Of a stretch of 63,018 bases of DNA, positions 59,530 to 63,018 are shown piece by piece. A model generated the notes under the pieces. That model made no database searches and was not told where the DNA came from. It saw only the letters and a program-made list of their open reading frames with translations. A program made the translations under genes and the position numbers. Position 1 is the first letter of the stretch; each line of letters starts with the position of its first letter. This DNA comes from a virus: IMG/VR virus record IMGVR_UViG_3300049075_000009, positions 1-63,018 of that record; one strand, given 5' to 3'.

Positions 59530-60057
59530 ATGGCAAATCGTTTCACAAAAGGCACGGGGCTGTTTGGCAATCTAAAGGCCAACGCTCTTTACTTGGCAGG
59601 CACCTTACTGTCGTTCACTGCGGCCCAATTTAATCAAGTGATGGCGGCATTCGGCACCGTCACGTTTGACAGAGGGGTGAAGGTTGCGCGAGTGGCGTTG
59701 AACGGAACCACTATCCACGCGGCTGCGGGCTTTGCGGCGTGGGCGAATCCCGAAGCGGGGGATATTTATATCCTAGATGCTCACTTGGTCGCAACGACTG
59801 TTTCAACAGGCGCAGGAACTATTGATATAGGGACAACGGCAACAAGCGCCACAACCACATCCGACAATATCTTTGATGGGATTGATGCCGCCGCCGCCGT
59901 GCCTGCTTATTATTCAATGCGAGTTGCGGCCCTTGATGCGGGTGCCAACGTGGAAATGAAAGCGTTGGCGACTGGCAAGTGGGTAACTATTGATGAAAAG
60001 ACAGGGGATTTGACGGGCTTCGTCGGCGTCCTTTACATCAAGTACATCAACGCCTAG
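59530..60057 (+). CDS. Hypothetical structural protein (175 aa)
   Basis: Ala/Thr/Gly-rich ORF in the head module. Confidence 0.5.
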   Translation: MANRFTKGTGLFGNLKANALYLAGTLLSFTAAQFNQVMAAFGTVTFDRGVKVARVALNGTTIHAAAGFAAWANPEAGDIYILDAHLVATTVSTGAGTIDIGTTATSATTTSDNIFDGIDAAAAVPAYYSMRVAALDAGANVEMKALATGKWVTIDEKTGDLTGFVGVLYIKYINA

Positions 60058-60068
60058 AGGGGTTTGTA

Positions 60069-60752
60069 ATGCTTAGAACTACAAGTATTGCGCTGGCCAG
60101 ACCGGCAAATACAACTGCTTATGCCGCTGGCGATGCGGTAAGTCCTGTGTCGTTGACTATTACCGCTGCCTCAAATGCTACCCCTATCGTTGTTACCTCT
60201 GCTGCTCACGGTCTGTCAACCGGCGACCCGGTGACAGTTGCTTCTGTTGGCGGGAATACCGCAGCGAACGGTGATTTTGTAGTGACGCGCATTGATGCCA
60301 ATTCCTTTTCTCTTGATGGCTCGGTGGGGAATGGTGCTTACACTTCAGGGGGAACCGCAACCCGCCTTTTGAAGCTTGCCGATGTGGTGCCTGATAAGTA
60401 TTCGCAGGGGAAGATAATCAAGACGCGGCTGATTTGTAACTTGGCGACAATTACGAATGGCACCTTCCGTGTCTACTTCTTTACCACTCAAATCGCTCAA
60501 ATCGCCGACAACGCCGCCTGGACTTTGCTCTACGCACAACGGGCCTTATTGGTCGGTTATACAGGGGCTCTGACGCTCGTTACAGAGGGTTCAGGTAGTG
60601 ACGCAGGGGTGGCGCAGGATTTTACGAGCATCCCGTTTGTGTGCGCTGCGGGGGTGAATGACCTCTATGCTGTCATCGTTGCGGAAGGAGCTTACACCCC
60701 TTCAAGCGGTGAAACTTTTTATCTTGAGGTGACCGTAGAGGTGAATCGGTAA
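60069..60752 (+). CDS. Hypothetical structural protein (227 aa)
   Basis: ORF in the head module. Segment ATPIVVTSAAHGLSTGDPVTVASVGG...DGDFVVTRID is common in phage structural proteins. Confidence 0.5.
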   Translation: MLRTTSIALARPANTTAYAAGDAVSPVSLTITAASNATPIVVTSAAHGLSTGDPVTVASVGGNTAANGDFVVTRIDANSFSLDGSVGNGAYTSGGTATRLLKLADVVPDKYSQGKIIKTRLICNLATITNGTFRVYFFTTQIAQIADNAAWTLLYAQRALLVGYTGALTLVTEGSGSDAGVAQDFTSIPFVCAAGVNDLYAVIVAEGAYTPSSGETFYLEVTVEVNR

Positions 60753-61153
60753 TGGCCTTTACCTACACAAGTCCAAGTAACTCCGAATCGGATGCCGTGC
60801 GCTTCTATTGTGGCGACACAGAAGCGGATGAGTTTTATGCAAGCGATGAAGAGATAGCTTTTGCCCTGGATGACAAGGGGGATGTGCTCTTGGCTGCGCT
60901 GGTGGTTGCCGAATATATCTATCGCAAGCTTGCCAAACGGACGGACAAGAAAAACGGGCAATATTCGGTCAGCGCGAGTCAAAAATTTGAGCAGTACGGC
61001 AAGGTTGTGCAGGACATAAAGGACAGGATTGCTTTGGATAGTAGCGGAGTGCCGTATGCAGGCGGAATTTCTTTGGCAGACAAGTTGAGCAGGGAGAGTG
61101 ACACGGATCGCACTAAGCCTGCTTTCACTCGTTCAATGTTCGAGAATTGCTGA
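60752..61153 (+). CDS. Head-tail connector/adaptor-like protein
   Basis: TAATG coupling, 133 aa. The N-terminal pattern (..RFYCGDT......SDEEIAFAL) resembles gp6/gp15-like adaptors. Confidence 0.45.
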   Translation: MAFTYTSPSNSESDAVRFYCGDTEADEFYASDEEIAFALDDKGDVLLAALVVAEYIYRKLAKRTDKKNGQYSVSASQKFEQYGKVVQDIKDRIALDSSGVPYAGGISLADKLSRESDTDRTKPAFTRSMFENC

Positions 61154-61629
61154 TGTTTACTGCGCTTGAATTAAGAGAGATGAGAGCGGATGAGGTTACG
61201 GATAGGCCGGATGTTTGCACTATCTACGAGCCTCCCGCTTCCAGCGCAAGCGACTATGGACAGGAGCCCGATGCGATCTATCCCGATGACTGGACGGCGC
61301 TATTAACGAACGAACCTTGCCTCTTTTACGCAACGCAGGCGAAGGGGCAGGAAAGTGCGGCTGCCGGACAAGTTCAGGACATAGGGGATTTTCAGGTTGA
61401 GATTCGATACAACGCGACCCGGCCATCTAGCAGGGCAAGGGTGAAAATCAGCGGATTGAGTTATGAAATTGTCATCATCCGCGATTCCTCTTACTCGATA
61501 GCGATGATTATCGGCTTGAAGCGGGTGAGCGGGTTGGTGGAAACCAGCGACGGCGAAGCGATTCTGGACAGTAACGGCGCGGAAATTGAAGACAGTAACA
61601 ATGAACCATTTTTAGACCAGGCGGCATAG
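61153..61629 (+). CDS. Head closure/head-tail joining-like protein
   Basis: ATG 61153 (TGATG coupling). Call based on position only. Confidence 0.4.
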   Translation: MFTALELREMRADEVTDRPDVCTIYEPPASSASDYGQEPDAIYPDDWTALLTNEPCLFYATQAKGQESAAAGQVQDIGDFQVEIRYNATRPSSRARVKISGLSYEIVIIRDSSYSIAMIIGLKRVSGLVETSDGEAILDSNGAEIEDSNNEPFLDQAA

Positions 61630-61635
61630 GGAAAT

Positions 61636-61866
61636 ATGAGTGAAGAAAAGATGATTGAGGCGATAAGGCCGGAAGAGTTTAAGCATTTGCAAAAGGTGAA
61701 TGCCGAAGTGGAACAGGCAAAGGCGCTGGTCAGTCAGGCGATGGCGAATTTGAATAAGGCTCAAGGCGCACAGCAGGGGCATTGGAATTACCTTGAGGCC
61801 GCTTACAAGTTGGAAAAGCAGGATAGTGTGGATTTATCAACGGGGCAGATTAACAGGGTGAAATAA
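61636..61866 (+). CDS. Small coiled-coil protein (76 aa)
   Basis: ATG ORF; TAATG coupling to the next gene. Confidence 0.45.
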   Translation: MSEEKMIEAIRPEEFKHLQKVNAEVEQAKALVSQAMANLNKAQGAQQGHWNYLEAAYKLEKQDSVDLSTGQINRVK

Positions 61867-63018
61867 TGCCGGAATTTGGCGATTACACAGCAGCAACAAG
61901 CTTAGGCGATACGGATTTGATGGTGATCTTGCAAAGCAGCGCCACCAAGAAAATCACCGGCGCAAATATGAAAGCTTCTGTCATTGCGGCTGCTGACTTA
62001 CTCTATGCTGAGATTGACCATAATCACGCTGGCACCTATCAGCCTTTGGATGCCGATCTGACCGCCATCGCCGGACTTTCACCCAGCAATGACGATGTGC
62101 TGCAAAGAAAGGCTGGGGGTTGGACAAATAGAACAATTGCGCAACTCAAGACCGATTTGTCTTTGTCTGGCACCAACACGGGAGATCAAGATTTAAGCGG
62201 CTATGCGCTTTTGGGTCATAACCACAGCGGCACCTACGAGCCTGCTGACGCGGATTTGACGGCCATAGCCGGGTTGAGTGCAAGTAATGATGACTTCTTA
62301 CAGAGGAAGGCAGGAGCGTGGGCGAATCGGACGATTGCCCAGGTCAAAACAGATTTGGGATTGAGCGGCACCAACAGCGGTGACCAGACCATAAGTGACG
62401 CGACTATTTCAACAACCGATATAACCACCAATAATGTCAGCATAAGCAAACACGGATTCGCCCCCAAACTGCCAAATGACGCCACGAAATACCTTGATGG
62501 CACGGGCGCTTATACGGTGCCCGCGGGTGGCGGAGGTGGAACCCCAGGGGGGTCAGACACCCAACTCCAGCGCAACAATGCTGGAGCCTTCGGGGGTGTG
62601 AGTGGGGCAACCAGTGATGGAACTAATGTTGTCTATGGCTCTGGGAACCTTCGGGCAACATCGCCACGTTTCACCACCGGCATCCTCGACGCCAACGGCA
62701 ATTCAATGCTGGCATTCTCCCCAACCGCATCGGCTGTTGATAGCTTCACCTTCACCAATGCCGCCACTGGTTCTCCGCTTCTGGACATTGCCGCCACGGG
62801 CTCAGATACAAATATTGGAATAAGTTTAACGGCTAAAGGTTCGGGTGGTTCACTGCGACTGTGGAGCGGCGCTTTATACACGTCTGGTGATGTCAGAATG
62901 ATGAATAGTGCCTCTGACATATCGGGGCCGTTTGATACCTTTTATTTCAGAAATGCCGGGAGTGGCGGCGGCAATTATATGTCGATTTGGAAGGGACAGA
63001 TAAATTTCACAGTCGCTT
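61866..63018 (+). CDS. Tail fibre-like protein, N-terminal part (open to the window end, continues at 1..372)
   Basis: ATG 61866, with no stop before 63018. Contains a 66-aa tandem duplication (H-N-H-x-G-T-Y..DADLTAIAGLS.SNDD.LQRKAG.W.NRTIAQ.KTDL.LSGTN.GDQ). It has no stop inside the window, which may be why it is absent from the ORF track. Confidence 0.8.
   Translation, partial: MPEFGDYTAATSLGDTDLMVILQSSATKKITGANMKASVIAAADLLYAEIDHNHAGTYQPLDADLTAIAGLSPSNDDVLQRKAGGWTNRTIAQLKTDLSLSGTNTGDQDLSGYALLGHNHSGTYEPADADLTAIAGLSASNDDFLQRKAGAWANRTIAQVKTDLGLSGTNSGDQTISDATISTTDITTNNVSISKHGFAPKLPNDATKYLDGTGAYTVPAGGGGGTPGGSDTQLQRNNAGAFGGVSGATSDGTNVVYGSGNLRATSPRFTTGILDANGNSMLAFSPTASAVDSFTFTNAATGSPLLDIAATGSDTNIGISLTAKGSGGSLRLWSGALYTSGDVRMMNSASDISGPFDTFYFRNAGSGGGNYMSIWKGQINFTVA

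Overview
The window is a complete, circularly closed genome of a temperate, siphovirus-like tailed phage. Unit length is 62,891 bp: bases 1-127 recur exactly at 62892-63018, and a tail-fibre-like ORF reads across that junction. Layout: (1) tail module, 1107-15121 on the + strand, with an HK97 gp10-like protein, tail terminator, major tail protein, G/GT chaperone with a CCCAAAA -1 frameshift site, a 1206-aa tape measure, and FN3- and LamG-containing distal tail proteins. (2) A translationally coupled three-gene membrane/Cys-rich/REC-domain operon (15465-16879), followed by lysis genes at 17211-19439 (GH19 endolysin and an overlapping spanin-like pair). (3) A long leftward block of small, often Cys-rich early genes (30972 down to 19436). 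It is interrupted by an IS1595-family element carrying passenger genes (21517-24375; 24-bp inverted repeats, perfect 8-bp target duplication). (4) Lysogeny module: tyrosine integrase, membrane morons, a CI/Cro switch near 34.8 kb, and an Xis-like protein. (5) Rightward early and replication genes (35.1-48.3 kb): a GNAT/XF1762-like protein, HNH plus C5-methyltransferase, an iteron-containing initiator, a DnaC-like loader and a RuvC-like resolvase. This block contains a ~600-bp coding-free structured region (39425-40029). (6) Packaging and head genes (48836-61866). I recognised no rRNA, tRNA or CRISPR array by eye. All functional calls come from motif recognition in the supplied translations and from reading the DNA; no database search was run. 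Starts were moved from the ORF track where an ATG with a Shine-Dalgarno sequence or an ATGA/TAATG coupling was visible. The track renders TTG and GTG starts as M.
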